Assembly: GCF_000143415.4 (NCBI RefSeq)
Contig: NW_003314396.1
Span: 250,025 to 314,024 of the forward strand
From: Selaginella moellendorffii
Taxonomy: Eukaryota > Plantae > Lycopodiophyta
DNA length: 64,000 nucleotides
Direction: 5' to 3'
Every line of letters begins with the position of its first letter. Positions within the stretch are counted from its first letter, which is position 1. The notes beneath the pieces are model-generated. The model saw nothing but the letters and a program-made list of their open reading frames with translations. It ran no database searches and was not told the origin of the DNA. The position numbers were made by a program, and so were the translations under genes. Positions 50,036 to 64,000 of the stretch are shown here, piece by piece.

Positions 50036-51700
50036 TAGACCCATTAGGAAGTACATAAATCCCGAAAACGGGTATGAGACGCCTTGGAAAAGTTGCCGTG
50101 GCAGCGGACAGTTTGACATTCAGAGCCGGGTCATTCATGTAGACAAAAATGGAAGCATTGTAACGCCATCAGGCGAGGTAAGACGACATGAGCACAGTTT
50201 GTCGTGCTAAATTTGTCATGCTATGTAGTGGTGGAAGAAGGGTAAACGGTATTTAATACCAACAAGCGGTTCTTGGTCAGAACCAGCGTTCAAACCATCA
50301 CTACGCTACATTCGCGCAAGTCTTAGTGACGATCAAATATGGAGGCCCTGCATTCGAGTTTACAGAGTGGCAAGGCCTCACTATTTCAACTCCAGACCAA
50401 TACGACGTCGTTATCTTCCTCAGCAACCTGGCTACGATGACAAGTACGAGCGCCTGACTTCAAATGAGGCTTATTCTGGAATATATCACCCCCGAAAGAT
50501 CACGAGCATCAAGCCAGAATGGCTGGGCTTTTCCAACAACGGAGTTCCATATGTAAGCTAGTTTCGCTTATGACCACCAATTTTCTGTTTTCTTTGTCGC
50601 TTCAGCTGCGGCCTTTCAGAAAAGGAGTCACAATGTACTTGCGTCGGCATCCACATATGTGCTTGTTTTCACCTGATCCACCTATTATAGTAGGTACACT
50701 TTCAATTTTGGGCAAGAATTTACCTTTGGCTAATGCAGAGAAAACCACTGACGAAGAAGGTTACTGACTATTTTCATAAACACCCACAGTTGCAGCTCTT
50801 TAGTGCTGACTTTCGACCTGAGCTTACAAGTAAGTTCACCTTTTGTGGCAACGGTAACCTCATGATTGAGACCGTGCAGGAAGCCATCCATCATATGTTT
50901 CTACAACCAGATACAACGCTGGAGGACGTTACGATCACTTTGAGGACTGTAGCGTACGACAATTAAAGATTTAGTGCCTCTTAACATACCGTGTTCTTGT
51001 GGCAGTTCACAATACAGCCAGATGTACGGCTACCAGAACCCCTTGGAGCTCAACCGGTTCCTGATCACAGTCCCCGTATGATCCACAATCAGTATTTGAT
51101 GTAATTCTTTCAGGTCTCTTCATAGTTAACCCATAAGTGCTGACTACGCAGCCTATTCAGAGGTCAAACCCATGTCAAGTCTTGCTGGGGATATAGTGGG
51201 TATTGATATTTTTGAGGCCAAGCCCACCAGGCTCATGGTACGTCCTTATTAGCCTTTTGCTATTTATCCCTTAATACAGAATGATCTAATGCTTCTTTCT
51301 TCTCCAGAGTCCACGACTGTCTCAAAAGCCTTCTGTAACTTTAAGTTCAAACGTAAGTCCTATATCTTTTCTTCCTCCATTTTAGGATTACCGGGGTTGG
51401 TAAAAATTTAAAATGAAAAACGAGGAAGGTAAAAATTCATCCATGTATCCAGTACAAGTGTAACTATGAGTACTTTACTCTTTTTTTATTTGAGCTTTAT
51501 AATGTGTTGCAGGAAGGCACGAATCAAAAACATCAGGAGAAAAGGCCACAATCCGTACTGGTGAATTATGATAATTTATGATCATTATGTATATTCCTGA
51601 CTTAGATTTTTACAGAATACTCAGGAGGGAATCCAGAAAAAGAAAGGGATGGAACAGGTAAACTTTCAAAATAGCAGAGGCTTCAAATCATGTCGTAGGT
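50036..51700 (+). CDS. Putative multi-exon gene of unknown function (boundaries approximate)
   Basis: Series of short GT-AG introns (e.g. gtaaga at 50178, gtaagc at 50553, gtacgt at 51238, gtaagt at 51353) separating open exons; no family recognised. Confidence 0.4.
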
Positions 51701-52789
51701 ACTTGGTCCAGAATGTTCACTCAAGATTTATGACAGAGTATATGAGGTCTTTCAGGCCGAAGTATCTGGTGAGCTTTTTTCGATATTGTTCAGAACGAAT
51801 GTTTTATAATTCTTCACAGCCTGAGAAAGCTAAAGCATCGCTACAGCCATGGACTGCTTAAAGGTCTGCTTAAGGATAAAAATTCTGCAGTGTCACCTTC
51901 ACATTCAGTAAGGCATCATCGCCTGTCCTTCTCTTTCAGAAATAATATTCCTTCCCTGGCGTGAATTCAGATTCAATTATACTAAATATGGAATGCTATG
52001 ACATGAGCACAAGTATGTGTGAGCGTGAAGGTTAGAATGCATGAGCCTCAAAAGGAGTTTGCACGTATAGCTGTATGAGATTGCCAAATGTTGCTAGCTG
52101 TGAGTAGACATCAAAATAGGTTTTAGTAATGGTATAATTGTTAGGTGCCACCTTTGATCACATGGTCAACACGTGTCAAAGGTAAGTTCAAGGGTACATT
52201 AAAGTATGTTTCCTTAGTATGGCCAAGTTTGCAAAAGTGGTTGCAGTTGTTGCTTAAAGAATGTGCCATTGGAATACAACAAGTCTTCAAGTCTTTGTGC
52301 TCTCATGTTTTTCGTTGATTTTTCTTGGATATTTTTTATTAGTGTGGCTTTATAAGAGAGACGGTCCTTCTTAAGCATTAATGATGCTAGTCATTTGTGA
52401 AGGAACCAGCATTTATCTTGATAACATTGTTACTTTCAAGCTGAGTCCCAGTCTAAGTGAAGATGGCGGCAATGGTCCAACAGCAACTCCCAAATGTGAG
52501 CAGCCTGATATGCCTGCAGTCTCTATAGCTGAGGATACTTCAACAATGACTCCCTGCAAGCAGTTATCTCGCAACCCCTTCACAAGGATGACCTTTGATG
52601 GTGCAGATCCTTCTGGATTCTCAGAGTAAAAATTCTGAATCTGCAGAAGGTGGAGAATACAATGCATCGTGTTCTTCCTCGGTGAGATCCATGCAGTGAG
52701 AAAAAGGATCAACAGTAATGCCGAGAATGCTGCCACCACACCTTATTTTGTAAGCAAACAATGTAGGTGGTGAAAACAGAACATGTATT

Positions 52790-53195
52790 TTTTCCCATAC
52801 TTGTCCTTACTCGTGGCATGGGGAGTCTTCAAGACTGTTACATACAGTTTCTGAAGACGTCAACGGACTTTTCAGCCATCTTTCTGAGTCTCTCTGACAG
52901 ACTAGATGCTTCATGCTCCTGGAACTCTTGAAAGATTTTGAAGTATGTACAGTTATGTTCTTCTTTAGTGTCAAAATAAGGCCTATAAATTGTGATTCAT
53001 TTCAGCATTGGACATTACAATATCAAGCACATGGTTCAAGCGGGATTAATTACAGAGATTCCCGACTTTAAAGCTTTTTTCAAGGGATATATGAGGGACA
53101 TGCTCACAGGTCACACAGAGCCACTTCAATTTCACTTCAGCATGCGTGGCTCTGTACTTGTCATGCGGGATAAGATGAAGGACTGGGACTGATAA
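52790..53195 (+). pseudogene. Decayed fragment of a transposase from the same family as 4927-7980
   Basis: EDVNGLFSHLSESL and ITEIPDFKAFFKGY...GHTEPLQFHFSMR...KMKDWD align with the 517-aa ORF. Confidence 0.8.
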
Positions 53196-53999
53196 GTGGT
53201 ATATCCTTATCACTTCCTGATCATATGAAACGAGCTGCGAAGGATTTCTTTGCAAGGAAAGAAAGGTATGTAAATCCTAACTCTTAAATTGCTTTCCTAC
53301 CTAAAATTTATTTCTTTGTTGCAGTGATGAGGATTAATTTAACAAAATCTATGATAATTTTCCAAAACTCCACTAAATCTTGGTTAAAAGAGTATTTCTC
53401 CAACTTTGTAAAAATATGTTATCAAAAATGTTAGAAAATAAGGCAAATATGCATTTGATATTCTGCTTTCTGTATTCTAGATAGCATTCTTTTCCTAAGA
53501 AATACACTTTGAATCTTTTTTCCATTCAGATGGAGAAGAGGAAACTATTGCGTTACCAAATGCACAAAAGCATTCTTTAAATGACACAACTTATTATCCA
53601 ATGCAGTTCCACATTGTTGTCCTATTATTATGGGAAAATTAAACTGTAAGTACTAACGATTTGTTTTGTTCTAAGTTCATTCATTACAATCTTTTGACCA
53701 CCCAAATCCCATAAGCAGTACTTGAGGATGTGTGTCTTTGATGCAGGCAATCCTCCATTGCTTAGAATAGCTTTGGCATCTAAAAATTTCCTGTCAGCTG
53801 CTCTGAATATGAGCTTTGTCTCATGTGCAAGTTTTCTCTTGAGCTTGTCGGAATGTCATAAAAGGACATACAAACTTTTGTGTATCTTAGTTCAATCATT
53901 TATTCTTTTATCAGTGACTCCAATTGGATTGAGTAGGTTCATCCCTGAAATTACTTGCTAAAGCATGGTTGAAACTGCAAAGTTATCCTCCTAGTCTAA

Positions 54000-55099
54000 A
54001 GGAGAATAACTGAAGGGAATATATAAAACCAAAAGTAAGTACTAAAGGGATAGAACTAAACCATAGGAACCAAAGGGTATAGCCAAAGGTGGTTATGCAA
54101 GTTGGGAGTGGAGAATTAAGTGGGTGTTCGAAAGTGTTGTTAGTAGCAACTGTGGTACCATGGTGAGTTTAAAGTATACAATTGCCTATTTTAGATCATA
54201 TAGCAATTAAAAAACTTGTGAAAGAAGAAGCTTAAGCAAGCTAAGGAAAAGTACCCCTTCCATGTTCCTGAAGGCAATTCTAGGAAAGTTAGTACTTACA
54301 AACACAGGAATAAGATTGCACAAAATTAAAGTGGTGTAGTAGAAGTATAACCTTGAAGCTTGCCATGAGACAAGGCTATCAAAGTTTAGGAAATAGTTCT
54401 CAAGTGTTCAAAGAGATGGCTTTTAACAAAATTCAATGTTTGAGGACTTTCACATTTATGTATAGAACCATATTATGCTGGTTAGGTGAGTTGCTAAGCA
54501 AGATTGGTAAGTCGGAGGAACAAAAACCCTAATTAAAGGTGTTAACCTTAAAAAGGGGAGGCCAAGCATGAAGGAGTTCATGTATGATCATAAAATAATC
54601 AATTAGGTTATCAAGTGAAAGGACTTGGAAGTTCAAAGGAACTAGATTTCTAAATTGTGATCAGTAGCGTACATTGGATATAAGTTGGTGCACTAGTATG
54701 AGGCATTCTATATAATACCGTCTGTAGATACATATATGGAAGTTGGGTTTGAGTCCCAACCATCTAGTGTTTGGGTTTGAGTCCTAATACACTAAGACGT
54801 GGTGATGGTTTGGAATATGAGGACACTTATTTTTCAGTGGTTATGGACTTTCAATAAGGAAGTTAGCTTGGGCACACCACAAAGTAGGGATGTCCCAGAG
54901 TCGTGATATGGTTAGAGTGCTTAGTGGGAAAGCTTGGCATATCTAATTTAAAGATTTTGGTGTAAGTGGTACTCAGGATATGATGAATGAAATGGAAACA
55001 CCCAATCTTAGTTGTTATGGACTTTTGGCCAAAAGTGGCTAACGTTGGGCATACTACCAAGTGTGGGGGATGCCCTCGAAGTCATAGTCAACAACTAAA
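54000..55099 (+). repeat. Decayed retroelement internal / 3' UTR sequence
   Basis: Similar to the reverse complement of 24150-24680 and to 2070-2270. Confidence 0.55.
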
Positions 55100-55967
55100 N
55101 NNNNNNNNNNNNNNNNNNNNNNNNNNNNNNNNNNNNNNNNNNNNNNNNNNNNNNNNNNNNNNNNNNNNNNNNNNNNNNNNNNNNNNNNNNNNNNNNNNNN
55201 NNNNNNNNNNNNNNNNNNNNNNNNNNNNNNNNNNNNNNNNNNNNNNNNNNNNNNNNNNNNNNNNNNNNNNNNNNNNNNNNNNNNNNNNNNNNNNNNNNNN
55301 NNNNNNNNNNNNNNNNNNNNNNNNNNNNNNNNNNNNNNNNNNNNNNNNNNNNNNNNNNNNNNNNNNNNNNNNNNNNNNNNNNNNNNNNNNNNNNNNNNNN
55401 NNNNNNNNNNNNNNNNNNNNNNNNNNNNNNNNNNNNNNNNNNNNNNNNNNNNNNNNNNNNNNNNNNNNNNNNNNNNNNNNNNNNNNNNNNNNNNNNNNNN
55501 NNNNNNNNNNNNNNNNNNNNNNNNNNNNNNNNNNNNNNNNNNNNNNNNNNNNNNNNNNNNNNNNNNNNNNNNNNNNNNNNNNNNNNNNNNNNNNNNNNNN
55601 NNNNNNNNNNNNNNNNNNNNNNNNNNNNNNNNNNNNNNNNNNNNNNNNNNNNNNNNNNNNNNNNNNNNNNNNNNNNNNNNNNNNNNNNNNNNNNNNNNNN
55701 NNNNNNNNNNNNNNNNNNNNNNNNNNNNNNNNNNNNNNNNNNNNNNNNNNNNNNNNNNNNNNNNNNNNNNNNNNNNNNNNNNNNNNNNNNNNNNNNNNNN
55801 NNNNNNNNNNNNNNNNNNNNNNNNNNNNNNNNNNNNNNNNNNNNNNNNNNNNNNNNNNNNNNNNNNNNNNNNNNNNNNNNNNNNNNNNNNNNNNNNNNNN
55901 NNNNNNNNNNNNNNNNNNNNNNNNNNNNNNNNNNNNNNNNNNNNNNNNNNNNNNNNNNNNNNNNNNN
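55100..55967. other. Assembly gap
   Basis: N run. Confidence 1.
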
Positions 55968-56910
55968 AGCATCGACCATTCAATCTCTCGGGGGAGCTAG
56001 AGCCTGGCTCTTAAACACTTCACCAAACTACCTCACTTGTCTGTTTGTATTCACTTTAACCTTGGACTCCTCAGTCATTATAACATCACCCACCACGTGG
56101 GTATAACCTCCCTTAGTTACACTGGCCTTTCCTGGCCAAACTCGCTCCATTGTAGTCCTCCCCCTACTATACTTTTGGAGCTCACCAAACTTGCTAGGGT
56201 CTGGGAGATGATTGTTTTGGGCTTTCACCCTCAGACTCGGACTTGGACTCAGTTTTGGTCTTGAACTCGGTCTCGGTCTCGGTCTCAATCTCAATCTCGG
56301 TCTCGGTCTCGATCTCAATCTCAGTCTTGGTCTTGATCTCTTTCTCGGCCTCAACCTCAGACTCCATCTCATACCCATCTCGAACTCAATCTCAAACTCC
56401 ATTTCAGGTCCATCTTGGACTCCGTCTCGGGTCCATCTTAGACTCCATCTCGAATCCATATCAAACTCCTTCTCAAACTCCATCTCAGATCTATCCATCT
56501 TGGGTCCATATTGGACCATCACGAGTCCATATCGAACTCCATCTCAGGTTCCTTCTCAGACTCCATTTCAGACTCCTTCTCGGGTCCATATTAAACTCCA
56601 TCTTAAGTTCCTTTTTGAACTCCATCTTAGACTCCTTCTTAAACTCTTTTTCGGACTTATTCCGAACACTTCTATGTGTCACAACACTTGCCATATATCA
56701 TTCCTTCTTATGCCCCTTTTTAGAAATTCATTCACCAATTGTTTCATACTTATTCTTTGAGCACTTTGTTTAGAGTTCCACTCCCACTCTTGACTTTCTA
56801 AGTTGGAACCTTTGGTCTAAATATGTTACACTTGTTGGACTTTTGCTTCGACTACTACCATATAGCATCCTTTCTACTCCACTTTGGGGATTAGGGATTT
56901 GTGTCTCACA
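55968..56910 (-). repeat. Decayed partial family A LTR
   Basis: Homologous to 35097-36213; ends GTCTCACA. Confidence 0.8.
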
Positions 56911-59899
56911 ATTGCCTTCTGCTCATCAGATTATGAGAGGGAATATTATATATCTATCACCTTGTTTGGTATAAATAATGACAATTTTATGGATAAGGAC
57001 AATGCCTTTTAAAGCTTTATAGATAAGATTAATTGTTGGTCTATACCTATATATTTTAAGGTTTGTTGGCATTGCTACTATGGCAAGCCTTAAACGTAAG
57101 CACCTAGGCTCCTAATCAATTTCAAAATGGGGAGGCTTTCCTCTAAAGGCTAAATATATAGGATATTTCTTATACGAAAGTCCCAAAAATTTCTCAAACG
57201 ACAAATGTTATTTCTCACAATATATCTATTTTGCTCATGTGTGGTCCATCTTAAGAAATTTTTACTCTACACAATTTTATTGCCAATCAATCTAGATTCA
57301 GGATTGATTTGATATTTATTAGTGCAATTATCAAAAAGTGTATTTCTACATATGGGTATCCAAGCTTTATTGTGAATTGTTAAACTTCCTACAACATCTT
57401 CTTTACCTAAGATTGCATAAAATTTTAGTAATTGTTTAGTAGGCAAAAACTTTTAAATCCTTTACAAATAATAATACTCAGGATTTGCATTTAGCTCAGA
57501 TAGGTAGACTAATTCTCTATCTAGGGAAAATCCTAATACTATTTTCTTTTTATATAAGTAACTCCACATATATAAATCTCACTGTACATACGAAGTAATT
57601 TAGGTGTATTATCACACCTTCTTTGACAATAGTGATTGTATTAGGAGTCAAACTTCTATATACCTTGAGTAGAATATTACTAAGTATTTCACTCAGTAAT
57701 TCATTGAGTTGTTTAAGCAAATTCATTAAAGCTATCATTTGCTAGCCTAGTTAGGCACATAAGATAGTTTAATTTTTGCTTTCTTATGCTGTTGTTTAGT
57801 CACACAGAGTGGGGATAAACCAACTTTAGTCTAGGTCTATAAGCAATATGTATCTTCTGAATAATTAAAGCGGTTTGTGATAACCACTTCTGAATTTTTT
57901 ACTTGTGCATCTTATTCAAGTCTTATAGGCTCTTGCAATATGTGTAGAAGACTTAAACTTAAGACAAGTCTACTCTTAAATTGTATTTGAGTAATTGTCA
58001 AAGCTAAAGGATCTTGGATCAAAGCCTTGAAACAATATAATGTTTTAATTGTGATTCTACCTCTGTCAAAGTCTTGTAAAATTTAGATGAATAATTCTCT
58101 AATTTGTTCTTCACTAAAATTGGCTTTAGACCAATTTTTCTGTTTATATATACCTAGAAAAATTGTGATACGCTACTGAAAAATGTGTTTTATAAAAGCC
58201 CAAGTGAGAACTTGCTCCAAAGGAAAGAATTGTAAAGTAATTAATTCTGTTTTCCACATTAAACAAACTCTATTCCTTCTTCTTTTGGATTTTTCTCAAG
58301 AAATTAATGGCTAAACAATTTAAACTTGAGTTTCTTGGCAATATATGCCAAACTAAATAGCTTAGATAGCTTTTCAAAGGAAAATAAGGCTTAGTGCAAC
58401 AATGCCGACCTAAACTATGTCTTTCCAAGCTCTAATTAATATCAATTTTAAACTCGTCCTATGCTCTATGGCTTATATGATAGTTGAAAAACTATCTTTC
58501 TTATGTTGTCTGAGCACTAAGCCACTGCAATTACAAAAAGAGCTCCTTCATTTAGTGTTTTCTAGGCTCAGGACTAAAAAGATCTACTTATAATTTTTAG
58601 TGCTAAGAATATTTGGAATTTATAAGTGATTTCCTCCTTGCTATTTTTCAAGCTAAAGAGTAATGGCTTATCCCACCGTGATCGCTAAAAGTGAGTAAAG
58701 CTTTAATTACTTATACTTGCATTCTTGCCATTACCTACAAATAAATAAAGACAAGAACATAGAGAAGAGAAAAAGAGAAAAAGAATGAGAAAAGAATAGA
58801 AGAGAACTCAGCTTCAAACCCCAAAGACGTGAGTAAAGATAAACATATGTCACTGTCTCAACTTTACTTTACATAAACAGTCATAGGAAAGAGAAAAATG
58901 GTTAATTCAATATAAATGCATATAATAGTGATTAGGGATTGTTTTTTTATCACATCTAAATGTTACTTATACACTACATAGTTTTATGACTATTCATAAC
59001 TACTTCACACTTGTTCATGACGAATGTTGCCTAGGTCGGGTCTTTCTTCTTTAGATGCCTAAACTTAGGCATAACTCCATTTCACCTAACTTTCTTTCTT
59101 TTGCTTTGCCTGGGAAAATATACAAGATAAAACATTTACTTCTTCATCACCTAAACTCAAGATAAATCAAAACTTCTGTCAAATATTTTGCTTTAGTTAT
59201 ATATTTATAAAGGACCTAAAGTAAGTAGCTTGTGTTTGTTGTTTACCTTTAATTTTGTGTACTAAAATGTTATTTTTCTTATATCATAGATAAACAACTT
59301 TCAAGGTCAATAATACTTTGTAATGACAAATCATGAAAAATTTATTAGTCCTGGTTTAATCATGGTTTTAGCAAAACTGATAGCTGGAACAATATAATAC
59401 TTTATAATACTATATATAAAAACTTTATTTTTATAACAATTATCTTATATATTATAAGTTATAAAATATCTTATGTGCTATTGATCTATTAGTAAAGTAT
59501 GTTCTGGTTAGAAACGTTTTAGAGGTGTATTAATATATTATAATTTATAAGTAATCAATTATAATAGATTTTTAAAAAAGATTTTTTAAATCTTTCCCAA
59601 TAGAGTCGTATCATTCTCATAAATATGACATGTCGTTGTGCTCTATTTGGAAACTACTAAGAAACTTCAAGTATTTTCTATCAAGTATTTATTATCTTTC
59701 ACTAACCAAACTCCTAGTTAACTATAATCAAGGTAGTGATAAAACACTATGTAACATAAATACACTTAACTAGCTTATAAAATCAATTAGCATATATCAT
59801 TGCCATAGCTGGGAAAACAAAGTTACATTTCACTCTAACCTCTTCAGACATTTTTCATTTTACCCACCCTTTCCAGGACACGCTTGGAGCTATTACAAA

Positions 59900-60800
59900 T
59901 TATCAATCACCACTTCTCCTTATCCAGATCATCGCAATAATTTTTTCTGCAAAAAAGCCATTCTGGTGAAAAGAAAAAATCAATATGAAAAAAGAGACCC
60001 TCCTCCAACGATGTCCCAATCTTTGCACCATTCCTGGGACTTTGTCACCACCAGAGTTGCTTTGCAATAGGCTCTTGGACGTACCACTACAGCCATAAAC
60101 AGTGTAGGGGCACAAGTTGACAACCACTGTTAAGTCAGGAGTGGACTTGTATGCAATCATGATGGCAATGCTTGCAAGTTGATGCCAGTCAGCACTCATG
60201 GCAAGAGCTAAAACAAAAGGGACCTCAGCAGTAGTGATCTCGTCCAAGAGGGTGCCAAGAGCTGGTCGAGAGTGATCAGCAGCCTGTTGTCGCAGCCTGG
60301 GAATCTTGTGAGCCAGATTGTGCACAAGAACTACCAAGTCAGGGCTTTTATACAGATCTGCTCTCAGCAAGTCAGTCTTTAGCTACTCTTTTTCGTATGA
60401 CAAGTCCTACATGGAACCAATCAGTAAACCAATCAAAGCTGAGTAAGGAAGAAAAGTTATGTATCCTACACCTCATGAAACAGTCTGCAACAACCTCTTC
60501 TACATCAAGTTTTGCAGAAAGTGGTGCACTAATGCGTATTCTTGTTGTCTGCAATCCTGTTTCCTCGACCACAGCTGTTGGTGGAACAGGTGAGTTTTCA
60601 ATTTTGTAGCACATCTGCATACTACCTGATGAGAATGAGTAGCAAGACCTTGAGCAGCTCATTATCTGAGGAACCAGAGGAGAGGACTCTGATGCTGGAG
60701 CTGGTTGTCATCCTAGATTGGTTCTCCACTTCTCTGGAATTTTTCTGGGCTACGAGAAGAGGTGCCTTTATGGTTTATAGCTCAGGCATATTGAGTTGCC
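59900..60800 (-). pseudogene. Fragment resembling the C-terminal part of plant lipase class 3 / P-loop proteins (At3g07400-like)
   Basis: DLVVLVHNLAHKIPR...PALGTLLDE...VPFVLAL...VVVNLCPY and RIRISAPL resemble, from memory, that family; appears internally deleted. Confidence 0.5.
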
Positions 60801-61112
60801 TCCCATTGATTAATGAAAAGTTATACTACTAACCTCTTCCATAGTTTTTGGTGTGGCTCCTTGAGAATCACTGGAGGATGCAGAGGATGCAACTAGAGGA
60901 TGCAACACCATCTTCTTCTTCTTCTTACTCTTGGCTGGAGGTGCTAAGAAAAGAAGCATTCATAATTCCAGATTTACCTGCCAATCCATGGAAGGTAGCA
61001 TCAAACATATTTCTGCCAGAAAAATATAAGTTGAGAAACAAAAAGAGAGAGAGCAAGAATGTAAAGAATTGGGCATCGAGTTCTAACCTCCAATGGAAAA
61101 TATAAATAGACT

Positions 61113-61484
61113 NNNNNNNNNNNNNNNNNNNNNNNNNNNNNNNNNNNNNNNNNNNNNNNNNNNNNNNNNNNNNNNNNNNNNNNNNNNNNNNNNNNNNNNN
61201 NNNNNNNNNNNNNNNNNNNNNNNNNNNNNNNNNNNNNNNNNNNNNNNNNNNNNNNNNNNNNNNNNNNNNNNNNNNNNNNNNNNNNNNNNNNNNNNNNNNN
61301 NNNNNNNNNNNNNNNNNNNNNNNNNNNNNNNNNNNNNNNNNNNNNNNNNNNNNNNNNNNNNNNNNNNNNNNNNNNNNNNNNNNNNNNNNNNNNNNNNNNN
61401 NNNNNNNNNNNNNNNNNNNNNNNNNNNNNNNNNNNNNNNNNNNNNNNNNNNNNNNNNNNNNNNNNNNNNNNNNNNNNNNNNNNN
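61113..61484. other. Assembly gap
   Basis: N run. Confidence 1.
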
Positions 61485-62279
61485 CCAGATGAATTTGTAA
61501 AGTACTGATATCTCTCAGTCATCTCGATTTTTTCCCTTCCCTATAGGCATTGAGATCTTGCAAGTGCATATAGATTAGCTGTGAACATGAATTAAAAAAA
61601 AAACCTCATATTATATTTCTTCTATCTTCTTCCCCCTAAATATGATGATGTTTTTGTTTGCATAATATCACGTAATTATAATTTTGATGAAGCATGGTTT
61701 ATTATTTCTACCATTATTTCTATCAAACTGGATATTTAATTGGGAGCTGTTCTACTACATTTTAGCCTAAATCCCCTTTATTGAAAAGTCCATATAAACC
61801 AGTCTTTTTAGTATTTTAAACTTGGAGCTTTCCTTCTCCTTATTCCAAGTTTTTCTTTCACAAGTATTTTGTCTCTTCATCATTTAATTTTCATAGTATT
61901 TATCTTATATATTATGAGTTACAAAATTTCTTAGACAATGCTTAATCTAATTCTAAAGCATGTTCTGGTTGGAAAGGTTTTAGAGGTGTATTAATTTTAA
62001 TTTTTTTTAATATGTAATATAAATATTTAAAAATGTTATTCTCTATCTTTCCCAGCAAAGTTGAATCATTCTTATAAATATCACACATACTTGTATTCTA
62101 TTTTAACATAATTAACTTCTGTATTTTTTTAAAATTTATTTAAGCTTTTGAACTAACTGGATATTTTAGTCATGCTTAGGTAACAACTATTAGGGATTGA
62201 GATAATACAATTGCAGAAAAAAATCTAGAGCAATACCAAAAAAATTATATAAACTATGTATAAGTATCAAAAGAAAAGA

Positions 62280-63440
62280 TTATCTAGCATCTATTTCGGT
62301 TGAGTTATATAGAGGAGCAAGAAGTTCAATGATAAATCAAGGAGTTACATAAGTTTAGATTTATTCAACCAAGTAAGTCTTTGTTTGGTGCTCCAATCTT
62401 ATTTGTGAAAAAGGACAGTTCAATGCGGATCCATGCCTTGAACAAGAAGACAATGAAGGATAAGATGCCAATGACGTGTGTGAATGATATCTTAGGCAAG
62501 TTTTGTGAAGCACAAGTGTTTGCTAAAATTGATTTAAGGAGTGGATATTATCAAATTGCAATGAATGATGCATTTATCTCTAAGATGGCATTCAATATGA
62601 GCTTTGGATATTTTGAGTTTACAGTTATGCCATTTGGTTTAACAAATGCAATAGCCACATTTACTCGGTTGATAATAGAGGTATTTAAGTGTTATCTTCA
62701 TTGAGATTTTCTTGGATGATATTCTTGTTTTCAACAAGAATATAAAGGAGTATAAAGTGCATTTGCGCAAGGTTCTTTTATTACTATGTGATAGCAAACT
62801 TTATGTAAAAAAAAGTAAATGTGAGTTTGTGAAGTTGGAGGTGGAGTATCTAGGCTATATTGTGACATCTAAGGGTGTTAAGACAGATTTAAGAAAGGTG
62901 GGTATAGTGGAAAATTAACTTACACTAACTTCAGTGGCCAAGTTACACAGCTCCCTTGGTATAACTAGTTACTACCAAAGTTTCCAACACAAGTTTGCAA
63001 ATGTGGTTATTCCTTTGACATGGTTGTTGTGCAAAAATGTGCCATTTGAGTGGAAATAACCACAAAAGGATAGTTTTGTGACATTGAAACAATTGTTGAG
63101 CAAGGCTCCAATGCTTTGCATTGTTGATCTATCACAACTTTACGAAATGCCATATGATGTGAGTGGCTAAGCACTAAGAGTCAAACTTTGAATTCTATGA
63201 AACAATGCTATTCTATATATGAGTAAGAGTTACTCTCTATTATTCATGCTTTGCAGATGTGGTGGCATTATCTTTATGGTGTAATGTTTGTGGTATTGAT
63301 GGATCACAAACCTCTTGTGTATCTTTTCACACATAAGGAGTTGAACACTAAACAAGCTCGTTGAATGGTCAAACTCATGGAGTTTAGGGAGTTTCCTATT
63401 GAGCATTGTCTGGGAAAATTGAAGGTGGTGGCAGATGCTT
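62280..63440 (+). pseudogene. Decayed gypsy RT-RNase H
   Basis: [45 protein letters not shown]. Confidence 0.88.
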
Positions 63441-63559
63441 TATTTCGTGTTTGTCATTATATGATTTTGTCATTATTTGAGTAAGGTGATTAGCAAGTTT
63501 GGGCAATTGGTTGAGCATGTTTAAGCTCAAGATGCTGAGGTGGTCTCTTTGTGAGATAG

Positions 63560-64000
63560 TGTAAGCAACCAAAGAGAACAACTAAAGATACAATCTATTA
63601 GAGTTCAACTATAGAATGAAAAGACTTATAAGAGTGCACTCTTTTTTCCAATCGGTTAAAGGTTTTAGGATACTTAGAGTTAAATGTCTTTGGGTTTGAA
63701 TAGTATTGGATTGGATGACCTCCCAGAAAGACCAATTCAAAAGTCTATATTTGGTATCAAAGAGGTCTCAGGGCTAACTCTGTTGATTGGCTAGGGGAAT
63801 CGCACCACATATTGATTGACACTTGGCAAGTTTAGTCTGCTCTAACTAAGCTCGACCCGAGGGGTAGGATATCAAGAAAGTAGGGTTTTTAGAAGAGTTG
63901 CAACTCTTATCTTCCATTCACAAAGGTGTGAACTTGTGGGGAAGTATAGTGGATTGTAAATAATGAAAGAGAATAATTCAAGAGATAATCCATTTGGGTT
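63560..64000 (+). mobile_element. Older, decayed Cassandra TRIM running off the window
   Basis: Homologous to 32900-33340: LTR about 63560-63749, PBS TGGTATCAAAG, second LTR from 63955. Confidence 0.85.

Noticed and set aside
54987-56000. ORFs of about 300 aa (and 61001-61522)
   Set aside because: Translations of N gaps.
56950-59800. AT-rich region as a possible old element
   Set aside because: I could not support any termini or protein motifs.

Overview
Plant nuclear DNA, dominated by nested transposable elements. The 45-60 bp spliceosomal introns suggest a Selaginella-like lycophyte (inference). One host gene looks intact: a SEC1/Munc18 (KEULE-like) gene at about 46.7-49.5 kb on the minus strand, head-to-head with an unknown spliced gene. 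Main structures: (1) An 18 kb DNA transposon (4120-22155) bounded by 24-bp terminal inverted repeats. It encodes a Sola-like DDD transposase and a divergent cargo gene with a ParB/Srx-like domain and an FCP1/NIF phosphatase-like domain, and it carries about 19 copies of a 24-bp palindrome. (2) A 7.3 kb non-coding LTR element (family C) inserted in frame into that cargo gene. (3) Two decayed copies of a chromovirus-type Ty3/gypsy element (family B) whose integrase is split by short GT-AG introns. (4) An inversion that splits one family B copy, shown by a target-site duplication (TSD) in opposite orientations. (5) 5S-derived Cassandra TRIMs, family A LTRs with internal tandem arrays, a hAT (DUF659) fragment, and two assembly gaps. 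All family and domain calls come from motif recognition by eye, not from database searches.
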